DNA from: Camelus ferus
Taxonomy: Eukaryota
Length of the DNA stretch: 64,000 nt
Direction of reading: 5' to 3'
Assembly (NCBI RefSeq): GCF_009834535.1
Contig: NC_045696.1
Coordinates: 6,140,001-6,204,000, forward strand
Shown in pieces: positions 1 to 12,284 of the stretch. Under the pieces are notes generated by a model. That model was not told where the DNA came from and made no database searches. It worked only from the letters and a program-made list of their open reading frames with translations. Position 1 is the first letter of the stretch. The number at the start of each line of letters is the position of its first letter. Both the position numbers and the translations under genes were made by a program.

Positions 1-859
1 AAATGTGAAAAAAAAAAAAAAAGAAACCTACTTAATTTCCCTTAATTCCATCTTGCCGAATCTTTCCATACAACATATTTTTGACATCTCTCAAAACATC
101 CACAGTCCACACTTGGGGAAATATTGACCTTCCATTAACCCAACAGTTCAGTCAAAGTTGACCACCAGCTTCTCTGTGAACGATTGCGGAAGCTCTTGTA
201 GTCGGACAGTCTGTCTCCACAATGGTTTTTTTGCATCAGTGAGGTAGGGAGGCTGGGGGAGCTACTCTGTTTCTCCTTCCTTCTCCTTTCTTCCTCAAAT
301 GACTGCTATCTTGAACTTTCAATGCAGAGGCCAAACCCTTCTGTGCTACGATGAAAGATAAGACAAAGAACAAGTGCAGATGGACTGAGATACACACAAC
401 GTGCCGTGGAAGATACCAGAGGTGGCGCAGACAGTGCATCTTTGTCCAGGGGAAGGAGAGGGGCGTGGGGGCCCTGGGCGCCTGGTATTTGCAGATGGAA
501 GCTGCACTAGACTTGCCTGCTGTGGCTGATCTTTGCGCTCAGGATAAAACCCGCACTTGCTGCCCATCGTCCGAGGACCTGCAGGAACTTCCTCTCTAAG
601 GGTTTCATCTTGCGTTCCGTCCCAGGAAGCCCAGCAGCACTCACCTCTCCAGTCTGGGACTCACCAGCCAAGCTCCCCAGGGCTTTGGCTCTGAACTCTT
701 ACCCCTTTGGTGGCTCCTTCACTCCCTCAGGCTTCCTCTTTAAGGTCCATCCCCCTTCACGTCCTCTCAGAGCTCTCCCCTTTCTTCCCTGGGGCCATGA
801 GAATGAGGGAGCAATCTATGAATCTGCACGCACCCTTGTTTCCTATCAGTTTCCTGCCT

Positions 860-966
860 CCTTGGGGTCAGGGCAAGGTTCTGTTCTGTCCCCACTGGAG
901 AATCAGGCTGCCCAGTGTCAGTCACATAAGAGTCATCTCTGAAGTGTTTGTTGGGTGAATGAATGC
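860..966 (+). mobile_element. LINE L2 3' terminal fragment
   Basis: Ends in gtgtttgttgggtgaatgaatg, the L2 (TGAA)n tail signature. Confidence 0.55.
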
Positions 967-3057
967 TTGACTGGCTCCCATCGGGCTGCTGGAAGGATGA
1001 AAGGATTGGAATAGAGTCGGTGATTATGATTATGAACTGTTTGTTCATTCACTCCCAGCACTCGTTACATTTATGGATTAATGTTAGGTTCTTTCTCCTG
1101 TTGCCTGGGGCTTTAAGGGGGTGCTGAAAGACCCCAAGAGGAGGGTCAGAGCTGTTGATGGCTGGTGGCTTGGAACCCATCCCTTAGGGAGGGTGAGGTT
1201 GACCCAAGGGTAATCAAGAAATACCCTGAGTTGAGGCACCCAGAGTGTTTGATACAGTCCAGCAGGGTGGGAAAAAGGAAGCTCTTCCTCAGTGCCCGGC
1301 AAGCTCGGTGGAGAAAGGCACCGTCCCTGGGTCCTGCCATGTCATTGTTCTAGAACCACAGTGTGAGAACAAGGAGGAGCCTTGGGGAGACTGGTTCAAG
1401 CTCTCTGTATTTCAGGTGTGGACTTAGAGGCTTGATCCCTTCCTCACTCAGGGTCAAGCCCATGAACCTCCTTGAGCCCTGAGAGTCCCGGTCCCAGGAG
1501 CATGTCAGTCACTCTGTGTTTCCTGGGGTCTGGGCGCATCTCCTAAAAACTGTAGAACAGGAATATTTTATAATATATCTGCAGTTTCCTGGGCAGCTCC
1601 TTACACGCACTTCTTACAGAGAGATCAAATTGTTCTGCTCTCATACTTTCTGGTAAGAGTGTGAGACAAAAGCCACCCTTTGGTTTAATTTTAAAGGCTA
1701 GAAGGAAGTCAGTTTTAAGGGAAAGAAAGCTTCTTTGATTGATGCACATGGAATGAACTCCAGTGGTTTCCTTTTAGAAATCACTATATTATGCAATTGT
1801 AGGAATGGCCAGTGTAATTTGATTAAACAAACAGGCAAACAAAAAGGGGAAAGCCAGGAGGATTTATGCCAGCTGGAGTCAACGAGGGTGTGTCCTGCTT
1901 TCAAGGTCTTAGGCATGTTTTAATTCTCCAAAGTTCACTGCCTATTTTAGGTCTGCTGCTGGCACGTGGATTGATAAAGCTCTCCCAGAACGCTTCACAA
2001 GGTCAGTTGCTAGGTTTTACCTCCCTTAGCCATCCAAGCCCTTGTCTACCTTTTCCATCATCTGCTGACGCTTTCAGGGAGAATTCTTTATGTCTTCTTC
2101 TTTGAAAGGAAGCTTTGTCCATAGTTGACATTGGATGGCTCAGTCTATCCCCTGATGCTCTGTTTCCTGAGATCCAAGCATCTGGAGACTTTTTTTTGCT
2201 AAACCTCAAACTCCTGGACCAGGCAGGCTTTTCAAAAAGGATTTGCCAAATGCTTTTAAATCTTAGAGATGTGGCTGGTACCATAGAAGACATCCAATAA
2301 ATATTTGTTGAATGAAAATATTGGAATGTCAATTCATGGGGTGAATGCCCTTGGTCATTGTAACCTACCACCTCCCGTAATGCTGGGATCTCAGACCAGC
2401 AATCCTTTTTTTTAAAGACACAGGTGTGCTTCACTTACGATGCTAAATTGAGTGTATTTTTAAATGAAGAAGAAATATCTTCTTTCCCACTTTTATGTTC
2501 AAATTCTTCACCTCAATCCTCAAAGAAGATAAAAAAATGAAATAAACCTTGGAATTTTATGGAGGTTTATGATTCTTAACTAAGTGGAAGTAAATTTTCA
2601 TCCACTGTTCAATCTATAATTCTGTTTTCCACATGACCCTTTCCAGATCCAAGTTGCAGAAAAATATTACAGGATATCCCCAACTCAAATATGCTTTTGA
2701 AAGTACATTTTTTTAATAATATAGTAGTTATGTCCTTTATTTAGAGGGAAAATCTAGATTTGTACTTCTAGGAGGCACTTTCAACAAAGAGATTTGAAAG
2801 AAACAATATTTTTAAAAAATCAAAACAACTCTTATAAATTTAGTATTTTCAGGTACTATTTTGGGTTGTATAAAGACTAAACCTATAATCTATAAGAATA
2901 ATGTGTTCTATTGTAAACATCATATTTTGTCAAGTTATTTATCTGACAAAATTAATTTCTTTAAAAATAATCTTTTTTTCTACCCTTATTATATGGAGCT
3001 AGCCCTAAACTGTACAGCCCTTTTACCCTCTCTGCTATTAATGTAACATGCTTTTTT

Positions 3058-3306
3058 CCTCCCTTTTTCAAGTGTTTTATTTTTTAAATATTTATTTATT
3101 GAAGTGTAGTCAGTTTACGATGTTGTGTCAATATCTGGTGTGCAGCATAATTTTTCAGTCATACATATACGGGGGGAAAGGGGTGGGAAGAGATAAACAG
3201 GGGTTTGAGACTTGCAGATACTAACTACTATACATAAAATAGACGACAATGAGTTTATACTGTATAGCACAGGGAACTATATTCAATATCTTACAGTAAC
3301 GTATAT
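3058..3306 (-). mobile_element. Short camelid-type L1 3' end with 5' inversion
   Basis: Minus-strand L1 terminus (~3090-3170) is fused to a plus-strand upstream 3'UTR piece (3171-3305). TSD taacatgctttttt at 3044-3057 and 3307-3320. Confidence 0.9.
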
Positions 3307-3424
3307 TAACATGCTTTTTTGAAAACCTTACAGAACATGATGAATTAGATAGAGGATCGTTGAAACATGGTGGGAATGAAGCTTGTTTATCTGTGTGCTG
3401 GGAATATGTGATGAGGTATGAGAA

Positions 3425-3672
3425 ATAGCAGTAAAGTATGCTGAGCACTTTATATGTCCTTGGCCCAGAACCACCTCAAATGCTTTACAGGTATGAACTT
3501 GCACCTTGCAGTCATCTCAAGACGTAGATCTATCATTACCTCCATTTAACAGAAGAAAAGAAACCTGATACTGAAAAGTTCAGTGACTTGCCCATGGTCA
3601 CCACTCTAGTGATTTGCGGAGATGGGATTTGAACCCAGGAAATCTACCACCAGACGCTGTATTCCCAGCCAC
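3425..3672 (-). mobile_element. MIR SINE
   Basis: Core ccatttaacagaagaa...agtgacttgcccatggtcac...gggatttgaacccagg. Confidence 0.8.
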
Positions 3673-5048
3673 TTGGTCTACATGGACTTTTGGCGTAGGA
3701 TTTTTATTCTGAGTATTTAATCAGGAATGTTCTGCTGCTGCTTCTCCTTTATTATTCTTTATCAGGAAGAAAACAGGTCAAGTAAATTTTAGTAAACTGA
3801 TAATTTTTCCAAACACCACGGCCAGAGCTCATATGGGCTTTCGCATAACGGACTGTTTATTTAGGCATCTGGCTTTCTGAACGCTAATTCAGAGCTGGAG
3901 CAAAACATCAGTGGGTTGCTTCCCATCCTATTTTAAATTGGGTTATGGTATAACTTTGAGAAAATGACTACATTGTTTTTAAATAAGCATTTCTTCTTTA
4001 CCAATCATGACCTCCTTTGTCACAGAAGTGCACATCTGCTGTGAAGAATGTGTACAGCTGGAAAAAATAGAGCATCAACTGTCTTTTCTGCGTAGGTGTT
4101 TTCCAGTCAGCCACCCAGGACACATCTGAGCAGCCTGCTTTCCATTTTTTTCTGCCTCTTTCTGCAAATTGCACAATGAACAGATAACAACCTGACATCT
4201 GCGCACAGTCTTGGAGGCTGTGGGAAAGTTGAGTCTGGGAAGGAATCCACATGCACGGATATTCAAAGGGTGTTTCCGGAGGGAAAGGGGTCTCAGTTGT
4301 TCATTCTTCTAGGACTTGGCTCCTCCTGGAACAGAGAGCCCTTGTGAGTTGGAAAAGTCACAAAGAATTTTCAAGGGACCAGTACAAAATGAAATAGAAA
4401 AATAGGAAATGACATAACAGAGGATCCAGGTTCTCTTCTCTTACTGCAAAGTCTGTCTTGAACTTGAGTGTTTCTGGAAGAAGTATGTGCTATTCTGCTT
4501 CAATCTGTTTCAAGGCGCAGCCTCATAAAAAGTGGTTATTGCCCTGGAGAACGCTGGCCTTTTCTCATTCTTTTCATTATTCTTCCTTATTGCACCATTG
4601 TAAGCCACAAGCCTCTCTCTGCCCTTCCCCAATTTTTCAAGGAATTGAACAAAGTTTTTATAATTATGACTCCAATGAGAGGTTATTTAGACATTGCAGA
4701 TGAATCCAAATGTCTACACCTCTGGATAGTTTATTTTATTCTTATAAAGGGCAGAGATGCAGGCTATGCTTTGTTTACTGAAAAGGCTAGAAAATTCTGG
4801 GTTTAGGGAACATTCCATTTTAGAAATCTTTCCTGGAAAAATATGCAGACTTAAGCAAAATGTACAAATCTAGCTTTTAGGAGAACTTAACTTCTTTAAA
4901 TTGAACTTTTGCTTATGTGGCCCTATTTTATTTTATTTTTTTCAGGTTTATTTAAATAGACACAAAAATTGCCCGTATTCAAACAGTGATCAGAAGGACA
5001 GATCTTTCGACTTGCAAAAGTCAATCGTAATTTTGTAAGGTAGTAAGA

Positions 5049-5640
5049 CGCGGGGCTAGGGTGGGGTGAAACCAATCACATTGCATTCATCGGCATATGA
5101 AAGGACAGCAGAGTAACCTGAAAAGGCCTCTCATTCCATCTGAAAGGAGAAATGGGGGTTAACTCTGAAATGCTGGTTTGGCTCCTCCTGCTTCCTCTAA
5201 GCTGCCCGCTCTGCTCCTGCCCGGGTTTTCCACCGCAGAGGGGCAGCTGTTTTCCTACAGTCGCTCCCTGCAGCTGCACCAGGCGCTGCTTCCCGTCCCG
5301 GCTGCTCTGACATCTCGCGTATCCCGTGGCCAGGTCTCCCTCTGGGGCGCCCCACTCCTTTCGGGCCCTTCTGTTCGGCTTTGTGCAGAGCCCTGTCTTC
5401 TCGGCAGCGCAGTCTCACCCAGCACATCCTCCAGATGCTTTTCCCATTCACCCCAGCGCGTCTTTTCTGACCATCTCAAGTCCATTCTCTGACCAACGTG
5501 CTTGGAGAGCACCTTCAGGATGCGCGCTTCCCCGGGACAACTTAGAAGCACCATTTGCCTGGAGCGCCACCGCCTGGCCTAAACGGGAACGACCTTCGCC
5601 CGTCCCTGAGGATCAACTGGGAAAATGGCTCAGGTGGCAT
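5049..5640 (+). promoter_or_regulatory. Promoter-like or enhancer-like CpG-retaining block
   Basis: GC box, GGGTGGGG and CCAATCA at 5049-5078, followed by a GC/CpG-enriched unique stretch. Confidence 0.35.
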
Positions 5641-6274
5641 TTCCAGTTTTTGTACAGTCCCTGCCCTTATCCATCTTCTGTAAAGTGACTATGATGGATA
5701 GCCTCGCTTACTAGTGCAGGCAGTTTTCCTCTGAATAACCACACATTTCTCTTGCAATAGTTGGCTTTAGAGATACTGAAATAAGAATCTGTACTGTCAA
5801 CTAAAAATCATATAAACTATATTATTTATAAATGGCTGGATATGATACACCTTGGTAATATAAAAAGACAATAATAGGACCATTCAGAAAATACTCTTTC
5901 CTCACCTATTTTCTCAGCATTTATATGGTGGAACAGGTCTAAATGGAAAAGGTTCACCCTTCCCATGGCTCCCCAAACCGCCTGGCACCCCAGCTCCTTG
6001 TTGGCCAAATCGCAGCACTGATGCGACAGACTTGGGCTCCAGAATGAACTGGAAGAAAGGTTTTAAAAAGTGTATGTACACCCCAGGGCTTGTGAGTATG
6101 TGTGTGTGATCTGAACCCCTGGGGTGCTGAAAGAAAACTTAGAAACTCTGTGTACACTTATTTTTTATCTCAAACTTCAGTATTTATATTTTATAATGTA
6201 CATAAAATTATTAGAACAGTTATCACATATCTTTTACAAATTACTATTTTAAAAGGTATTAAGAGGGTAGTTAG

Positions 6275-6795
6275 CTACAATGTGTCCATCAACCGATGAA
6301 TGGGCAAAGATGTGGTATATATACAATGGAATATTAGCCATAAAAAAGAATGAAATCATGCCATTTGCAGCAATATAGATGGACCTAGAGATTATTATAC
6401 TAAGTGAAGTAAGTCAGACAGAGAAAGACAAATATCATATGATGTCGTTTATATGTGGAATCTAAAAAAAACAAAAACAATTTTATTTACAAGCCAGTAA
6501 TAAGACTCATGGATATAGAAAACAAACTGTGGTTACCATGGGGAAAATGGTGGGGGGAGGGATAGATTAGGAGTTTGGGATTAACAGATACACATTACTA
6601 TATATAAAATAGATAGACAACAAGGACCTACTGTATAGCCAGGGAACTATATTCAATTTCTTGTAATGAGCAGTAATGGAAAGAAACTGAAAAAATATAT
6701 ATGTATGTATATGTAAAACTGAATCGCTTTGTTGTACACCTGAAACTAACACTGTAAATCAACTACGCTTCAATAAAAAATAAGAATTAAAAAAG
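6275..6795 (+). mobile_element. 5'-truncated L1, older cetartiodactyl-type 3' end
   Basis: ORF2 end (atgccatttgcagca...gacctagagattattatactaagtgaagtaag), 3'UTR, caataaaaaa tail. Confidence 0.9.
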
Positions 6796-6821
6796 TACAA
6801 AGTATCTCAGTGGCTTTTCTG

Positions 6822-6892
6822 TTTATTAGATGTTGAAATAATAATACTTAGAAATTTTAGTTAAACAAAATGTATTATTAAAATTAATTTCA
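6822..6892. mobile_element. MER3/MER33-like hAT-Charlie fragment
   Basis: atgttgaaataataat...gttaaacaaaatgtattattaaaattaatttc resembles the recalled MER3/MER33 consensus. Confidence 0.55.
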
Positions 6893-7387
6893 AAATTCCA
6901 AAAAAAAAAGAGGGCCAGTTAAGAAATGATTTGCTGACAGAAGTTTGTGACCAAAAATCATTAACATTTTAAATGTCTAAAAATGCATGAAACTTCAGGA
7001 TGCTCTCAACACAGTCCTACCTGGTGTTGTAAGGCAACATAACAGTGTCCAGGCGGTTGGAACGGGGCCTGGCCTGCAGGATATTTAGCCAGATCTCCCT
7101 CTGGGTTGGGGACTAGAATGGGATTAGAGTCAGAAGGGGGTTGTGAACCTGCCTCGGTTGGCCTCATTATGAAACCTGGGTAAATCATTTCACATCCTTG
7201 AGATTTCTCCTTTGCTAAAGAAACGTGTAAAGAGAATCAGCTAAGTGTTGGACACCAGATGGGGTGGGTGTGTTGAGAATAATAGGTGAACAGGAGATTG
7301 AGTTATCTTAAAGTGTTTACAATCAAGTGTAACTTCCACTTAAATTGAAAAATTATATGACGTTTCAAAATAAAAGTATAAACAGGT

Positions 7388-7540
7388 ATGGAGAACTATA
7401 TTCAGCATCTTGTAATGACTTATAATGGAAAAGAATCCGAAAAGGAATCTATATGTATGTGTAACTGAATCACTTGGCTGCACAACCGAAACTATCACAG
7501 CACTGTAAATCAACTTTACTTCAATTTAAAAAATAAATTA
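7388..7540 (+). mobile_element. Very short L1 3' terminus
   Basis: gaactatattcagcatcttgtaat...ctgtaaatcaactttacttcaatttaaaaaa, homologous to 6640-6790. Confidence 0.85.
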
Positions 7541-8574
7541 AGTGATGCTTTATATTTATACAATATGGGAAGGTATCTGAACATTTTGTTGAATGAAATT
7601 TGTTTACAGAAGTTTAGTGCCCTTTAAGTAGATTAACCTTACCAATTAAAAAATTTAGAACCTTGTGTGATAAATCTACATTATATCTATATTTGAATGT
7701 ATCTTTTTTCAAAGTGGGTGGAGAAAACAGAGTTAATGATTCAAGGGCTAAACTGCCATTTTTCGGAGGTTATTTTTGATGTCTTTGGACAAAGAAACGA
7801 GAAACTCCAAGTTCTAAAAGGAGAAGTAGGAATATTTTAGTATGCAACCTTGGCTTTGAAATGATGATATAAATTGCTCTGCAAGTGACAGCTTTGACTA
7901 AAATCTAAAACCAGTATGGTCCCACTGGTGTGACCCAAAGCTCTGTAGCGGACAGAAATCTTGTCCTGTTTTAAGAGGAAGGCAAAAGACAAAGCCCTCC
8001 GTTTTTCGTTTACCTATGACTTGCTGACAGCTGTCAAATTTATTATTATTTTTATTTTAGATTTTAAAACAGAGGCTTTCCTTTGAACAGCTTGAGGCCA
8101 GAACATTTTATTGGTGTTGGATCTTGTCTGCAGTGAATAGCGAATTCCTCATCACATGGGTCATTTGGTGACTGTGTGGGTGAGAGAAATCATAATTTGA
8201 CCATAATTTGGAAACGTTCTGGCAGTTTCCAAGAGATGCAGTTTCTGGAATCACTGAAGATGCAGTATGTTATTTGCTTTGCAAGAGAGTCTGTGGGTGG
8301 CCAAAAGCTGAAGAATGGAGAGGTGACACCCCAGGCTGGGGTATCTCTGCTTGCTGGGTATCACCTGGCTCTCCATCTACCTTCTCCTATTTCTGAAGAA
8401 ATGCTACTGTTGTTCCCGCCTGGTCTTGCCACTAATTGTGGACAAGGCATCCAGCTGAACTGGGCTGCTTTCCTCATCTGTAAAGTCAGGGTTTGGGTGC
8501 ATTGGGAGAGCAGCATGATTGAGCCAAGAACCTCTAGCAACAGAGCTCTGGGGTTTTATCTACCCTGGCAGGGA

Positions 8575-9085
8575 TGAATATTAGTCAAGCCTTTGGGGAG
8601 CACCATTTGGAAGCATGAATCGCATGCTTTGTGAGCCACATGCACCCTCTCTGACCCAGCAGTTCTGCCTCTAGGAATTCGTCCTAAGGAAATAGTCCAG
8701 TGATGGAGACAGAGATTTATGTTCACTCTCAGTTACTCCAAAAATTTTAAGACAAGCTAAATGTTTAAGACTAAGGGCATTTCTAAATAAATGAAGGCAA
8801 TTTGTTCAGTGGAATTTTGTGTGGAACATTACGTATTATGTTTTCAAAGCATATTAGCCCAACGAATGTTCATTATATGATGTTAAGATTGTAAAAAGTA
8901 AGACAAAGTGTCCAATTGCATGACAGCTAATTTTGCATCAAAGATTTGAGACAAACATGTGCACAAAAAAAGTCTGGAATAAAAACAGCCACATGTGAAT
9001 AGTGCTCCTAGGTGACTTAATAGTCTTGTTTTCTTCCCCTGAATTTCTAAATTTTCTACAATGAACATGTATTTTTTTTTAATAA
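8575..9085 (+). mobile_element. Ancient L1ME-type fragment
   Basis: tgacccagcagttctgcctctaggaattcgtcctaaggaaata (DPAIPLLGIYP region) and tttctaaattttctacaatgaacatgtat terminus. Confidence 0.7.
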
Positions 9086-9204
9086 TTGGAAAAAACATAT
9101 AATTGGATTCCAAACCCAAAATAAGCATGGAGTTTGTGGTCTGACCACCTTTCTGAGTGTGACTGTGGGTGTTTCTGGGACTCAGAAGGAGAGTAGGAAG
9201 GCGT

Positions 9205-9420
9205 TGTAGACCAAGGACTCTAGAGCCAGACTATTTGGGCTCAAGTTCTGGTTCCTCTTCATCTTGTTCGCCTGGCTGGAGTGATCCCCTTAGCCTCTCT
9301 GTGCCTCAGTTTCCTCAACTGTGAAGTGAGGATAGTGGTAGTATTTGTCGAGAGGGTTAAGGTCAACATACGTAAATTCTCGACCCATAGCAGGTACTCA
9401 GTGTTAACTATTATCATTAA
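9205..9420 (+). mobile_element. MIR SINE
   Basis: ggactctagagccagact...cctctctgtgcctcagtttcctcaactgtgaagtg. Confidence 0.85.
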
Positions 9421-9444
9421 TATCTTTAAAATGGAAAAACTAAT

Positions 9445-10680
9445 ATTAATTGAATTTGCTGAGCATTTACTCTGTGCCAGGCACTGTCCTGGCTGCTGGG
9501 TACGCAGCAGTACAGGCGTGATCAGTGCAGGCAATGTCTCTGCTCTCATGGAACCATGTTTAGTGGGGAAGACAGACAACAACAAACAAACAAGGGGTTA
9601 AAGTGCTTGAAGGAAAATGAGAGCAGGTGTGGGAGAGGGGTGTTTGTCAGGGAGGCACTGGATAAGTAGCATTTGAGTAGAGACATGAGTGAGCATGAGG
9701 GCGAGCCAATCAGAATGTGGGAGAAGAGCGTTAGGGGTAGAGCAAAAAGTCAGTGTGAGGTCCTGACGTATGCTTGGCACGTCTAAGGAACAGTAAGGAG
9801 ACTATATAAGATTGGGTTACCCCGAAAAGCAGACTCTGAGATAAGGATTCGCGTTCAAGGGGACTGCCTAGGATCCCAGGAAGCACGGGTGAAGAAGTGG
9901 GGAGGTGAGATAGAGAAGGGGAGGAAGCAATTCTGAGGGGCATTAATGAGTGAATGGTCACTGTGGGCAACTGTGGTTCAATCAGTGCCCAGGACCACAG
10001 GGAGCATCAAACAAGCCCTCAGTGTTGTCCCACCCGAGGGATGTGGAAACAGGGGTATTGATCCTCCACTAATCGAGCCTGTCATTAGCTGAGCACTGTT
10101 TTCCAGCACTATGGTTTTTGCTGAGCATGGGCCCTGCACACCCGGAAAAGCACTCAGACGGAGCGTTGCTGGTTTTTACAGCAGGAAGTCATAACCTGGG
10201 CTGAGGAACTGTGAGTGCTGAGGGATGGAGACTGGGCACTGCCAGCATCTCCACAAAAGCCTTTGTAGCTAGAGTTGAATCAGCAAGGGTGACCGTGGCA
10301 GGAGTTCCATTCAGAGAGGTGAGGGACAGGGGTGTGGATCACTAGGGTGCTGTGGGCCATTGTAGGGAATTTCATTCTGAGTAATATGAGAGTCATTGTA
10401 AAGTTGTGAACAAAAGAATGGCATGATCTGATTTGTTCTAGGAGAACCCTCTGGGTGCCGTGTGGGGAATGGAGTGTTGGAGGGCAGGTGGAGAAGCAGG
10501 AGCACCAGGTAGGGGCCAGCAGTCAAAGTGGAAACTCTAAGGTCTTGACCTGAGCAACTGGTAGAACAAAGGAGCCATTTTTCAAGATGGTGGAGATGGT
10601 TAGAGGTGGTGATGATAGGAGGGTAAGAGTGGAAAAGAGAAGTTTGGCTTTCATTTATTAAACTGGAAGCATCTATTAGG
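9445..10680 (-). mobile_element. LINE L2, interrupted by an ERVL LTR
   Basis: gagcatttactctgtgccaggcactgtcct (L2 3' end). L2 body resumes after ~10257 (gaatggcatgatctgattt; gacctgagcaactgg). Confidence 0.8.
9804..10256 (-). mobile_element. ERVL solo LTR, LTR33-like
   Basis: gggttaccccgaaaagcagactctgagataaggatt...gggcactgccagcatctccaca; reverse-homologous to 16385-17290. Confidence 0.75.
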
Positions 10681-11201
10681 GCGCAATCTCACCTTGGTTT
10701 TTAATTTTTTTTTCTGGGAATTAAAAGAATTAGTACATTGTTATGAGATCTCAGTAAATATTATTTTCCCTTTTCACTTTCCCAAAGCTCTTTATAGCTT
10801 ACTTTTTGTATAGGTATCCTATGGTCGCAATAGCATCACAAACAAAAAATCTCAGCTTCATACAACAAAGAGGGTTTATTTTGCATCTTGTGTCTGGGGA
10901 CCAGATGACATAATCTAGGCTCATCTGATCTTGGCTGGGCTTGCTCATCCACCTAGGAATTGGCTGGAGGTCAGCTGATGTACACTGGGCTCAGCAATGC
11001 CCCTGTGACTCTCATCTTCCTTGTGGAACCAGCACGCTAGCTTGGGCTTGTTTTCTCAAGAAGACAAATGGAAATACATGAAGCCTCAGAAAGACTAGGC
11101 TCAGGCCTGATACATCATCACTCCCATGTTTGCTCTATTGGCCAAAGCAAGTCACTTGGCTATCCTGAAAGCCAAGAGACAGCAAAACATACTCTGCCTT
11201 A

Positions 11202-11232
11202 GTGTGTGTGTGGTGGTGGTGGTGGTGGTGGT
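11202..11232. repeat. (GT)n(GGT)n compound microsatellite
   Basis: Directly visible. Confidence 0.9.
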
Positions 11233-11827
11233 AAGCGAGTATCTGTGAATAATAATATAACTTATAATCACCCCCTTATTTATGAATATTAATTACTTTT
11301 CAACATGCAAAATACATTAACCCCTGTCCAAAGGTCCCCAAAGTTTCATCCAATCATGGTCAAGACTTGAAGGTCAAGATCTCATGATCTACATCAGGGC
11401 CAGATGTATCTCCTCTTCATTGTAGTCTTTAAAGTAAAAAAAGCAAGTTCATTCCTCCTCTCTACACACATATACAAAATACAGTGAAACAGGATGAGCG
11501 CAGGAAACACACCCATCTAAAAGAGGGAACGTGGGAGGCACATAGCAGTCATAGGTCCATAGCAATTTTGAAATCTTGCTTGGCAAATGTTTCCAGACCC
11601 CCCAACACTGAGGTTGGTGAATTTTCCCTTATTAGTGCCAGGTTCAGTCAACTGGGTGCAGTTCCTCATCCCATTGTTCGCCATAGCCCATGGCTAGGTT
11701 CTCTGAGCTATCCTCACTTTTTCATCCCTCTCCTGGTTCACATCTGAAGAGGACTTTGGAAAATATGCTATACTTGGCAAATCAGAAATTTTCTTGGCCT
11801 ATTTTTTGTCTGTAGAAAGTTGGAGAT

Positions 11828-12169
11828 TAAGATGGTTAATTTTATAGGTCAACTTGGCTAGATCACAGTACCCGGATATTTGGTCAAACATGTTTCTGTA
11901 AAAATATTCTTTCGATGAGATTAACATTTAAATCAGTAGACTTTGAGTAGAGCAGATTGCTCTACATAACGTGGGTGGGCCTCATCCAAATAGTTGAAGA
12001 CCTTAATAGGAAAAGACTGACTCCCTCCAGAGAAGAAGGAATTCTGCCAGCAGATGGCCTTCAGAGTCAAGCTGGAACACCAGTTCTTCTCTGGGTCTCC
12101 AGCCTGCTGGCTTACCATGAAGAATTAGAACTTGCTAGCTTCCAAAATTATGTGAGCCAATTCCTTAAA

Positions 12170-12223
<54 letters not shown>

Positions 12224-12284
12224 GAGAGATCCTATTGACTTTGTTTTGTTTTGTTTTGTTTTTTGGAGAACCTTGACTGATACA
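11828..12284 (+). mobile_element. MLT2 (ERVL) solo LTR nested in the MLT1 internal region
   Basis: gatggttaattttataggtcaacttggctag...gtgggtgggcctcatccaa...ggagaaccttgactgataca. Confidence 0.9.
12172..12223. repeat. (TATC)13 perfect tetranucleotide microsatellite
   Basis: Directly visible, inside the MLT2. Confidence 0.97.
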
